From positions 24,366,001 through 24,430,000 of the forward strand of contig OX597823.1 of the NCBI GenBank assembly GCA_951406725.2: 64,000 bases of DNA. The letters run 5' to 3'. Of the stretch, positions 39,415 to 50,993 are shown piece by piece (position 1 is the stretch's first letter; each line of letters begins with the position of its first letter). The DNA is from Octopus vulgaris. Lineage: Eukaryota. A program made the position numbers and the translations under genes. The notes beneath the pieces are model-generated. The model searched no databases, had not been told where the DNA came from, and saw nothing but the letters and a program-made list of their open reading frames with translations.

Positions 39415-40520
39415 CCCTCTCTCTCTCTCTCTCACCCACACACTAACTTTTGTCTACAAATGGATTTCTTTGTATTTCAATTAGTTGTGTGTTAAAATCT
39501 CTGCTGTTATGGTTTTTGTACATTCTCCCAGAAAAATAATTTAGTTATTTTTAATTTTTGTTCATCTAGTGTTTTTAAATTCAGTTTTGCCACATCTACC
39601 AAAAAATTGATTTCAGTGTATTTCAATTTTGTTGTGCATAAATATCTTTGTCTTTATGGTATTTCATGTTCTCCCTACAACATTACTTATTTTAAATCTT
39701 TGGCACTCCATCTATTTAAATACACTATTTACATTTCTCCCTCTATCAAAGAACGTTGTACGAGCAGTTGTGCATGTGTATACAGCCGATAAACCTTTAT
39801 AATTAACCAATGAGATTTTAACCACACCACTGAGCAGTCATGCATTAGGAAAAAGCTATCCTAAAGCAGTTCAAGTTTTTTCACTCTAGCTATTTTCTTC
39901 TAGAGCTTTAGGCACACAAACGGGGTTTGTAAGTTCTGTCTGCAAATTGACTTCCTTGCATATAAATTAGTTGTGTAAAAATTTCTGATGTTACAGTTTT
40001 TGTACGTTCTACCTGAAAAATAATTTAGTTATTCTTAAATTTTATTCACCCAGTGTGTTTAAATTCAGTTGTGTCACATATACCTAAAAATTGATTTCAG
40101 TGTATTTCAATTTTGTTGTGCATAAATATCTTTGTCATTGTGGTATTTGTATGTTCTCTCAACAAAGGATGTTTGTGTCTCTGATTGTGTAGTACGTATA
40201 GATTTCTACAGTTTTCAACCGATTTTCACCAAACTTTACACACACATTACTTATGTGCTAAGAATCATCATGCAATATAACATTTTGCCCAGAGCTCTTG
40301 CTTAAACCATGAAAAACAGTCTTTTACATGGGTTTTTCTCTAAAAATTTATGCAGTTTTCAACTGATTTTTTCCATTTTCTCTCTCTAAATTTTTTGAAC
40401 TTCGTGTAGTACAGTTTTATATGTTTTTCGCAAAAAATTAACTGTATTGTATGTTTTAGAGATTTTAAATTTCAATATTCTTTCTTTTTTATATGTATTT
40501 TCATTAATTTCAAGTCATTA
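38254..40520 (+). mobile_element. Probable non-autonomous Helitron-like element with three internal ~250-450 bp diverged direct repeats
   Basis: Start A|TCtattagaataaaagcgaaattctgtctgtctg. Repeats begin gtct(a/g)caaat(t/g)ga at ~39035, 39452, 39938. 3' end not found. Confidence 0.5.
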
Positions 40521-40684
40521 TATACCCATGTGGGGTGGGGTAGGAAGGTCAGTGGAGTTATGGGGTTATTAAGACAGGAAATGGTGAGAGGAGAAAAGAT
40601 AGTTCAGGAAGAGTGAGGGATTAATAATGAGGGTACTGAGGGAGATTGCAGTAGAAGTGGAGAGTTGGAAGATTATGACCTAGG

Positions 40685-42940
40685 TTGATGTGGTAGTGGA
40701 ACAATGCTTTAGACAAGGCTATTAGAGCAAAGCAACAGGCCTTGAAGGACTGAAAGAGTGGGAGTAGCAGAAAACTGCATCAGATAACCAGAAGGGAAGC
40801 TAGGAGACAGGTATATCTAGCCAAGGAAGAAGCAGAAAAAAAGAAGTTTGCCTATGTTCAGTGATGTGAAGACCAAAGACTTGAAGTGTTTCAGATTGTA
40901 AGACAGTGTATGAGAGAAAATTGTGATGTCATAGGAGAGAAATGTGTCTGCATGGATGATGGTGCACTTGCATTTAATGATTCTGCAAAGAAAGAGACTT
41001 GGAAATGGTGCTAGATGTGGAGAATGAATGGGAGAAGGAAAGTGTGCCTAATATTGACCCAACTGAGGGACCAACTATCTGGAGAGGGTCATATCTCAAT
41101 TAATTAGGGAGAGAATTAGAGTAGATGGGATACAGTTCAGATTTGTGCCAGGCAGGAGCACAACTGATGTTCTATTCCTAGTTAGGCAACAGCACAACTG
41201 ATGTTCTATTCCTAGTTAGGCAACAGCAGGAGAAATATCTAGCCAAAAATAAACCCCTATACCTGGCTTTCATTGATATGGAGAAAGCCTTTGACAGAGA
41301 CCCCCCACTCTATTATCTGGTGATCAGTCAGGAAGCTAGGGATAGATGAGTAGTTGGTGAGAGCTGGACAGGCTATGTACAGGAATGCTGTCAGTAAGGT
41401 GAAGGTTAAGCAAGGAATTCAGAGTTAAGTAGGGGTTTACCAAGGATCAATTCTCAACCCACTCTTGTTCATCATAGGTCCCCTGGCAATAACAGGAATT
41501 CAAGACAGGCTTCCCCTCGGAGCTCTTGTATTTTGATGACCTTGCTCTTATACCTGAATCACTACCAGAAGTAGACAAGAAATTTCAGACATGGAGATAT
41601 GGTATGGAATCAAAGGGCCTTAGAGTTAACCTAACAAAAACTAAAGTCTTAGTAAGTATAGGAGGGCAGACAAATCACAAATGCCTTCAGGTAGATGGTC
41701 CTGCTCGATCTGTAGGGAAGTTATTTGTAGAAACTCCATAAGATGTCCTCAGTGCAAGCTATGGACACATAAGAGGTGCAGCAATCTCAGAGGAAAGTTG
41801 ACTAGGAGTATAGGTTTTGTGTGGAGAAGGTGCATGGGTACAATAAACACCAAAAATGTACAGAAAATAGACTCCATCACCTGCCAGGTTGGTAAGTTAG
41901 AGGTAGTAGATAGCTTCTGTTATATAGGTGACCAAGTTAGTAGCAGAAGGGAATGCTCTGAGAGCATAGCTGCAAGAATAAGAATAGGGTGGGCAAAGTT
42001 CAGAGAGCTCCTACTTCTGCTGGCAACAAAGAGCCTCTCCCTCAGAGTGAAAGGCAGACTGTATAATGCTTGTGTGCAAGCAGCTATGCTATACACCAGT
42101 GAAACGTGAGTTGTGACAGCCAAGGGCATGTATAGACTTGAAAGGAATGAAGCTAATATACTTTGCTGGATGTGTAATGTCAATGTTCATGTTCAAATGT
42201 AAGCACCTTGAGAGAAAAGTTTGGCATAAGAGGCATCAGATATGGTGTGCAAGAGATAGATGACTGTGCTGGTATGGTCAAGTGGTGTGTATAGACAAGG
42301 ACAGTTGCGTGAAGAAGTGCTAATCTCTAACTGTGGAGGGAACTTGTGGTAGAGGTAGACCCAGGAAGATATGGAATGAGGTGGTGAAGCATGATCTTTG
42401 AAATGTGGACTTCACTGAGGCAATGACTTAGTGACGAAGACCTTTGGCGATACAGCATGCTTGATAAGAGCTGTCAAGCTTAGTGATATCATAGCCATGG
42501 ATGATGCTGGTGTCACATAACTGGCACCCCTTCTTGTGACACATAAAAAGTACTTTTTTAGTGTTGGGCTTCATGGAGGCAAGGTGGCCGATGCTAGTGG
42601 CATGTAAAAAGCATGCTTCAAGTATTGGGCCACATGGAGGCAATGACAAATGACCAAGATTTTTGGTATTATGCTGTGCTTGAGAAGAAGACCCATCAAA
42701 CCAAGTGAAATTGTAATTACGGCAGATACTGGTGTCATGCAAATTGCACCCCTGCCAGTGGCATGTAAATGCACATATTACACCCTTGGAGTGGTTGGTG
42801 TTTGGAAGTACATTCAAGCATAGAAATCATGCCAAATAATACTAGAGTCTGGTACAACCTTCCAGCTTGCCAGCCCTGGTAAAACCATCCAACCCATGCC
42901 AACATGGAAAATGGACGTTAAATGACAATGAAGATGAAGA
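40685..42940 (+). mobile_element. Older, degenerate 5'-truncated RTE LINE copy with 3' tail
   Basis: ORF pieces 41526 and 41681 homologous to the 866-aa ORF (including the CSIC..CPQC..HKRC finger); tail ccaacccatgccaacatggaaaatggacgttaaatgac. Confidence 0.9.
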
Positions 42941-43237
42941 TTACAGTTCATTCTGATTATCTCTTTATTACCACTTGTTAATCCAGTAAGCTAAGCAGTG
43001 TTATCACAGAATGATCAAAAAAGAATTTGCCTGAATTTTACCATCACTGTGCCTTTGTGTTGAGTGTGTGTGTACATGCATGTGTATGTATGTATATTTG
43101 TATTTGTATCTACGTGCAAATTACTTCAATTTGGTTCACTCAATATATTTTGTCCTAAATATGTCATTATCTCCTCATTTTCACCCTCTTCCTGACATAT
43201 ACTCACAAATGATATCAATTTCTTTTTTCAATTTCAG

Positions 43238-43408
43238 CTTATTCAAGTATTAATTGTGGGCCTCCCAAAGATATTGATGGTACATCAAAGTCCTACAAAA
43301 CTACTGCCTATAAATCTGAAGTACTCTATACTTGCTCAGATGGAGTACAGCTAAAGTCAATATGTGAAAAAGACAACAAATGGACTCCAGTAGCATCTTC
43401 TTGTAATG
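43238..43408 (+). CDS. Exon C4: sushi/CCP domain (YSSINCGPPKDIDGTSKSYKTTAYKSEVLYTCSDGVQLKSICEKDNKWTPVASSCN)
   Basis: tttcag| ... G|gtaaca, 171 nt. Confidence 0.88.
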
Positions 43409-46405
43409 GTAACATAAATCCATTCCTTCATATTGCCTCTCTTTAAGTAATTTTGTTAAATTTTTCTGTTAAATGCCTTTGTGAAAAGAATACTGGCTGG
43501 CACCATTACTATTTCCATGGTGTTTGCAGCTGGTGGGAAGAAGAGAGGAAGGAATCCTCAGACCAGAGACTTCTTCAGATGCTTGCAATGTAGTGGATTC
43601 CAATAATATAACCAAAAAGCCTGATAATGCTATTAAACTTGGTGATGGATTAAGTTTGATGACCAAGAAATTGAAGGCTAGAAACTTGTCACCAGATGTA
43701 TTCTAAAAAATTTCCATCCAGTAATTTTCATCCACAAGGATTCATTGTGAAGCAGATTTTTAACCACACTCACAAAACTCTACCCAATACAACATTCTTG
43801 CTAAGTAAACTTATCAACTCATTAGCTATACTTCACCTCATCTTGATACACTTTTTAAAAATTTCTTACTTGATCTTTCTCACCCATATTTTATATCATC
43901 ATCCAAAACTCAGTACAATTTAAGGCTCTACAATCCTCTGAAACGAACTTGTGCTTCTTTTGTTCCCTCTCATTTCTCCACCCTTGATTATAACAATATT
44001 ACTAATATTAAGCCAACAATTTTTGATGGACAGGTATTGTCATCACAATCAACCTTACAATTTGACTGGTCCTTTATGACATTGGCACCCTCAAGGATGA
44101 AAGGCAAAGTTAACTTTCGTTTCATTTGAACTGATGCCCAAAAAACCATACTGTAAAGCATATCGTTCAACTCTCTAATTAGTGCCCATGTATACATTGA
44201 AAATAAGATGAGGATGATGATACAACCCCCTTAAATCTAGCAGAATCTATATCTAGGACCAATTGAAGAAACCTGTCATTGAAGATCATCCTGAAATCCA
44301 AGGATTAGTGTCCTCTCCAATTATTGTACACTGACCAAGTTTTATGCACTCAGGTCTCCATCCACTCTTGCCATTTTTTGCTAATTTCACCTTCATTTCA
44401 ATAATTTCACTTGAAGTCAATTCCTACCATGTCATCCTTACCTTCTTTACAAGTGAAACTTAAAAAATATAGACGTGGATGTTTACCAATGTGGAAAGTC
44501 AATGTCATATGACCATTCAACTTCTCTCACCAAACACCCTCTTTTTGTATAGCTACTAGACAGAGGAAAACTGCCTTCTCTGATGGTTACAGGAGGTCAT
44601 GGGACAATCTTCATGATGGACTTGACTAACAGCCAAATCTATCCCCCATACAACAACGATAGATTTATATAACTCCATAAATCAGCAATACTTGGACGTT
44701 GAATGAGTGCATGCAAAATGGTTTTGTTTTATTGCCTGAATCTCAAACAGGCCTTTCTGATGGTACTTATATGACTGGAGTCCTTTGGTAGCTCTGCCAA
44801 GCCAAGAACTTCAGAAAGTTGTCCATAGTATTCTCTGACAAAATGTCCTCTGAAACACAACTTTGCAGTTTGTTGTTCATCAATACTCAGAACAGCCCTA
44901 AGAATGTCAGCACTCTATCCCTCCACTAAATCTCAATGGATTGCTCGAGTGGAACATCCACCAGTCCCATTGCCCAGATCAGATTTGATCCTGCATACTA
45001 CATCTGAAATTCTGAGGATTGCATTAAATAATATGAAATACTCTTTTTAAAGATGGTTGGGAATGATTGAGGGAGATATTATTTATAGTTCTAACATGTT
45101 ACATGTCCACATAGGGTGTTCCACAGTGACTGGTAAATTTTGGATTTATTATTGCAAGCTAAAATATTTCACACAGTTTATCTTCTGGTGTAATTTATTG
45201 CCTTATTCAACACCACCACCTGGCCTTTGGGTGGTCTTGGTGATGGTGATGGACACTATTTGAGCCAATGTTAATATATCTGTTACAGTAGGAAACATTC
45301 ATATTAACCCAGAGTTGCTCAGGCTGGACAAGAACCACTTTAATCTCACATTTAGGAGGGAAGGTGACCTGAGAAATTCATGGCTAAGTGGTTTCTGCCA
45401 GGGATAGCTTATTAAAACATAAATATCTTCTAATTGTAATCAATTATGTATTCTTTTGTTCATGACTAAACATAATTAGAGAAAGAGATTGTGATATTCA
45501 TGGCTTTCTAAATGTCTATGTAACATGAACTGATCATTGACTCACACCAGTCAATCCAAATTTATACTAAAAGAACAACTATGGAAAAATACTCAGAATT
45601 ACCTTCTCTATGGAAAACAAATAGAAAATTGGCTACTTTACTTTAAATCGTAAAATAAAAATACTGTGATCAACTATAATTTTACCATAATTGATCATTA
45701 AAATGGATAGTCTAATAAATAAATTCAGAAGCGACAACCTTATAAATATGAATTGCATTTTTCTTCCTATCACTGAAAGTTTAAGTTTGGTGAATTCAAA
45801 TTTCTTTGCTTACTATATTAAGTTGTGAGCATTCACATTTACTACATATTTATATTATTTACTTGATGAAGATGAAAGTCAGATCATTTTAGTTTTCCAA
45901 GGCAAAACACTATAAAATCAGTAGAGTGACTAACCATATTTAGTTATATACTTTTACATTCTTGGCTCAAATCCCACCAAGATGTACTTCACTTTTTATA
46001 CTTCTGAGGTTGATTAAACAAGCACTATTCAAGAACAGAGGTTGATAAATTTTCGTGTATCCTCACTGTAGGATCTGTGGCCTTGTGTTTAAGTTAGGAA
46101 CCACTATCATTAATATTGGTAACTTCAACAATGATTATGATTATTCTTGTTAATAAGGGTAATGTATTGACAGAATCATTCAAACATCAGATAAAATATG
46201 TTGTGGTATTTGTTCTGGCAATTATATTTCTTAGTTTAAATCTCGTTGATGTGAACATTGCTCATTCTAAGTTAATAAAATAAGCTATCAGTTAAGTGTA
46301 GAGGCTAATTTAATTGACCAGCTCTTACCTAAAAATTTGGCCTACTTTTAATGTTAGAAATTGTTGTTGTTAGTTTACTAAACCTAAAGTTTGCTTTAAC
46401 TTTAG

Positions 46406-46645
46406 ATCCTCAGCTCCATTTTGTGAAAATAAAAGATGCAGCTCTGGATGTACCTGGGAAAACATTGTTGGATAAGGAAGATGTAACAGCAGATGAATGT
46501 GCAAAAAGATGTCTGTCTGATGAAAGTTGTTTATCATTTGAAATAACCAAAGGAAATGGAAAATGTTACTTATCAGAGAAAACCGCTGCTACCTCCAAGA
46601 AATTAAAGGGAAACAAAGACAGAGATTACTACCAACGATTAAAGC
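46406..46645 (+). CDS. Exon A4: PAN/apple domain type A (PQLHFVKIKDAALD...DYYQRLK)
   Basis: ctttag| ... C|gtaatt, 240 nt, within ORF 46351..46830. Confidence 0.9.
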
Positions 46646-47659
46646 GTAATTATTTTTTGGATTTTATTATTGGAATTCTCTTTTCTATTATTTCTGAAAT
46701 TTGTGACTCTGTTTGTACTTCATACTATATAGACCCCAATTTCTGTAAAGGCATTGACAGGTTTACCTATAAGGCCAGATATACACACATTCCAGAAATA
46801 AGCAATATTAGGAAATGTAAATACAGATAAGACATTCTCATACAACTTTTATTCACCTTGAACAATTTGATGGATGTTTTTAATTGTTTTTTTAAACATG
46901 AATAGTAGTAGTGATGGTGGCATTAGCAATAACAGCAACTTTTTCTTCATTTCTCTATGTTAGCATCACTTAGTACTGTTACAACACAATGTCTTACCTC
47001 TAGTTGTCCTTCATTATCCAATATTGAAGATAACAGAAAACGTAATACCAATTTATGTAGCGATGTAAGTTTATCATGTATATTGTAGTAAGACGTCCTT
47101 CTTATCACTGGCCATTATTCTAAATGAAGAGAGTGTATTTTCCCCATGCTACTAGAATTAGAAAAAATGCTTTCTGGGAGTAGCGAATTCTCTGTATTTG
47201 AAATTAGACTTTATTCAGAATAGATCCAGGGTATTAAGAACTAAACAACCAGTAGATTGACTCAGTGTAAACTTGAAAGGATTTTGTCCTTTGCTATTGA
47301 AATTCTTCTTTCTTGAAGCTCTAGGTATCAAGGGAAAGTCCCTAGGTTTAGTGACCTTAAAATTAGAATACTTATGAATGCTAGAATGCCATTGCTATAA
47401 CGGTGAAAGAAAGAAAGGTGAGCCATTTTTCTATGAGGAAGATGAACAGGGATGAAGTTGCAGGCTTCACTGCAATATTTGTTCTAGGTACCCTCTTCTA
47501 GTTCAAGCATATTCACAGATCGGGTTTAAACAGTGGCAATAGCCTAATGATTTCAAGTAATATGAACAGCCATGTGATGAATGGATTTAAGAAGACACTG
47601 ACAGGCATATAAAAGAAGTTTGATTCAGACTTAATGAATATTACCATAAGAAAATTATA

Positions 47660-50610
47660 AGTTTGTTTTAAAATTTGAGATTACATAGACAATATTTTAC
47701 ACAGGATATGGGCAATTCCCATGACCATTATCTTTTGAATTTCTGCTATTTTAAAGTTTCTGGTATCTGAACTAGGTAAGAATCAGCCCCTTTTGCTATC
47801 ATTCCTAGAGTACCTATGACAATAGGTATTGTTATAGTCTTGAGATTCCACATTTTTCCAGTTTCTATTTCAAGATCTTTATACTTACTCAGGTTTTGGT
47901 AGCTCTTGACAGATACATTTTTGTCCATTGGGACAGTTATATCAATAAGGAAGCATGATTTTTGTCTGAAGTCTTTCAATATAGTGTCTGACCTATTTGC
48001 ATCTATCTTTCTGTCAGTTTGAATGGTGAAGTTCCAGAGGAGTGAGATGTGATCATTTTCAAGCACTGGGGATGCTTTGTGTTCCCACCAGTTTTTATCA
48101 TGGGCAGGTCCAGGTTTTTGCAAATTATTTTGCACATTTATCAAGGCCAAATTGCATCCTGTTGTCATCACTGAATTACTTAATAGTTGCTAGTAAGCCC
48201 TGTGGTCGTTGGTCATCTTTTGCAAAGTGCTTTAAATAACCCATGTAAAAGAAGTGATTCATATTTTTATCAAGCATTTTATAGCCTTATTTTGCATCAT
48301 CGAGCAACATTGAGAGAGGTATTAAGGCTAGACAAGAGAGGAGTGGTGATAGAGAGTCACCCTGGAAAATGATATTCTTACATCTCCAGCATTGAGAGAT
48401 TCATTGTCACTGTTCAAACTCAGTGTGGTTCTCCATGATCTCATACTTTCAGACAAGAAGTTTCACAGAGTAGGTGCTTTTTATACATTTCCAGACATTT
48501 CTTAAACCAACTACGTGGTAGACTATCAAAAGCCTTTTTATAGTCTACCCAGGCTATCAACAAGTTTTTGTATCGTTTGTGACAATCTTTCAAGATCATC
48601 TTATTGATGAGTAGCTGATCTTACATAGGACCCACGTTTACATCATTTTTGCTCATTAGAGAATATGCCACTTTCTATTAAAAAACTATTTAGTCAAGAC
48701 AGATATTAGCAATTTATACATTGTTGTTAAGCAGGTTATGGGACTATAATTTTTTGGTTCATTTGTTTCTTCATATTTTGGAAGTAGGAATGTAACACCA
48801 TTAAGTAGCCAAGAGGGAATCATACTAGGTTGTTGCAAAACATTGTTGTAAAGTTTTGTTAGTAGTTTATGGCCCTCTGGGAAGGCATTCAACCAGAAGT
48901 TAAGAATTTTATCTTTTCCTGGAAACTTCCATTTGCTTGACTTCCTGATTTTCTAGATCATCTAGTTCACAGGTTCCTTTATCCATTCCACCAATGTTAT
49001 TAGATTAGTGAGAGCTCGGTGTAGCACATCCATGTTGTTATTCAGCATGGAGCTCATCATTACTATTATTATTATTGTTGTTATTGTTGTTGTTAGTATT
49101 GTTTATGTTATTGTTGGTGTCTTTTATATGAACTGTTCTGAGTTTCTCCCAGACACTTCAAAGAATAGCAAGTTACACATTCTACAACAGGTGTTATATA
49201 TAATTAGTGATGATGTAGTGTATGGGAAGGATGCCAGAATCTGAGAACTTAGATTCTGTTAAATTTGTAATATTTCAGCTTTGATAGAATTTTAAAAGAA
49301 TCAGGTGTTTTCAAGTTGACAATGTTTTTCTAAGAATGTTGGCAGTACCTATGAGAACAATTTTTTGCAGTTCTGTTGCCTTGAAGTTTCCTGGTATTTG
49401 AACAGAGTGTCTAAGAGTGCTATTTGGTATTGTCCACAAGGTTCCAATGATTACAGGTACACTTACTGCTCTTAGATACCACATTTTTGAAACTTCTATC
49501 TCAAGGCCATTATGTTTACTTAATTTTCCAAATAATTTTACAGAAGTATTGCATTGTCACAATATCTGGTCTATTATTATTATTGTTTGATGAAGACTCT
49601 CAGCTTATTTTGTTTGGTATAATGGAAGTTGTCAGCTGCCCACAGTTGGCAGACTAAGATGACACTTCTTTATTGCAGAGAACAATTGCAGTTCTAAGCA
49701 ATGCTGATTTTTGTAGGTGTTCTACCTATACATTTCTACAAATCTTTTTCAGCCATGTTGATAGTTGGGTGCTGATACTTCCATGTGCACCAATTAGTTT
49801 TGGTTTCACATCCCTTCTCTGCATATTTCCCACTTCAGTTCATCATAGTTGTTTACTTTTCTTCTTTCTCTTTGATCATGTTGTCATCAGGGACATGCTA
49901 TGTTGATTATCATGCATGTTTTCTTTTTTTTTTTTTCTTGATCGCAACAACAGTGTCAGGTTTCCCGTGTCTAGTTTGTTGATCAGACTGAATCGCTGCA
50001 TCTCAAGATTTTGCAATCTTCATTCTCACTAAATTTTTCTGGGATTTGGTCATAGCACATTTTTGGTCTTTATGGGCCACCATAATTTCCACAAAGCTCC
50101 CAATGGATCATTCTTGCCACATTGTTATGTCTTTTGTATTTGCATTGTCCTAATTTCAGGCATTCACTAACAATGTGCCCTACTGTTTAACCCTCTCACT
50201 ACACATTCTGCATTTATCACTTTCAGTTGTGTTGTCAGTCCTATACTTCACATTGTTTTTCCTCAATACTTGTTCTAGTGCAACGGATATGAGTGCTTCA
50301 GTTTCTATCCTCCAGTGACTCCTTCACATCCAGAACAACTGTCTTCTGTAATTGTCTTGAAGGAGTTTGTATATCTTGCAAACTGACTATACATTTTGCC
50401 CCATGCTATTTCTTTTTCTTTTTTTTTGTATTCTTTTCCTATTTATGTTTCTTTCTTTACACTATTATCAGTTTTGATGATGCCAGACTTCATCACATGT
50501 TTCAGCAATGGTTTTATTGCATTTTTTACATACCACCCCAAGAGTTGTTTTCCTCTACTTCAACGAAATCCTGACAACTGATCAAACATCTCCCATTATT
50601 ATTATTATCA
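47660..50610 (-). mobile_element. Three head-to-tail fragments of R4/Dong-like (restriction-like endonuclease) non-LTR elements
   Basis: LWNFTIQTDRKIDANR.D...LIDITVP...KYKDL...IPIVIGTLG (RLE) and WLLNGVTFLLPK..NYSPITCL, AWVDYKKAFDS (RT). C-terminal QK....G.A.IL motif seen three times (~47720, 49350, 49690), separated by (ATT)n runs. Confidence 0.82.
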
Positions 50611-50993
50611 TCTTTCAGCATAAGATACATTTCTAAGAAGGAATACGTATTCTTATGCACCAGGACACATAAGAAAAAGCTCATCTCAATGTTTCAGTTG
50701 TAGGTAATCTATTTATAGATCTGTCTTCTGATGGTCTGTTTTTATTTAAGATTGAATGGCCATAGCACATGATATGTTATGGGGATTGTCAACCCTACAA
50801 ATATACACCATAAGAAGAGATGTATACAAATATATTGTCTACACCCTGTGTATTGAGACAAGCTTTTGAAAACAAGTTAGAAAAATGTTCTGTAACACAA
50901 ACAAATTCTGATTAAGACATCATTTTGTAGATCAATAATTTGTTTATAATAAATTATCGAATTAAAAAATATCATGCAGAATGTGCTCTTCAA

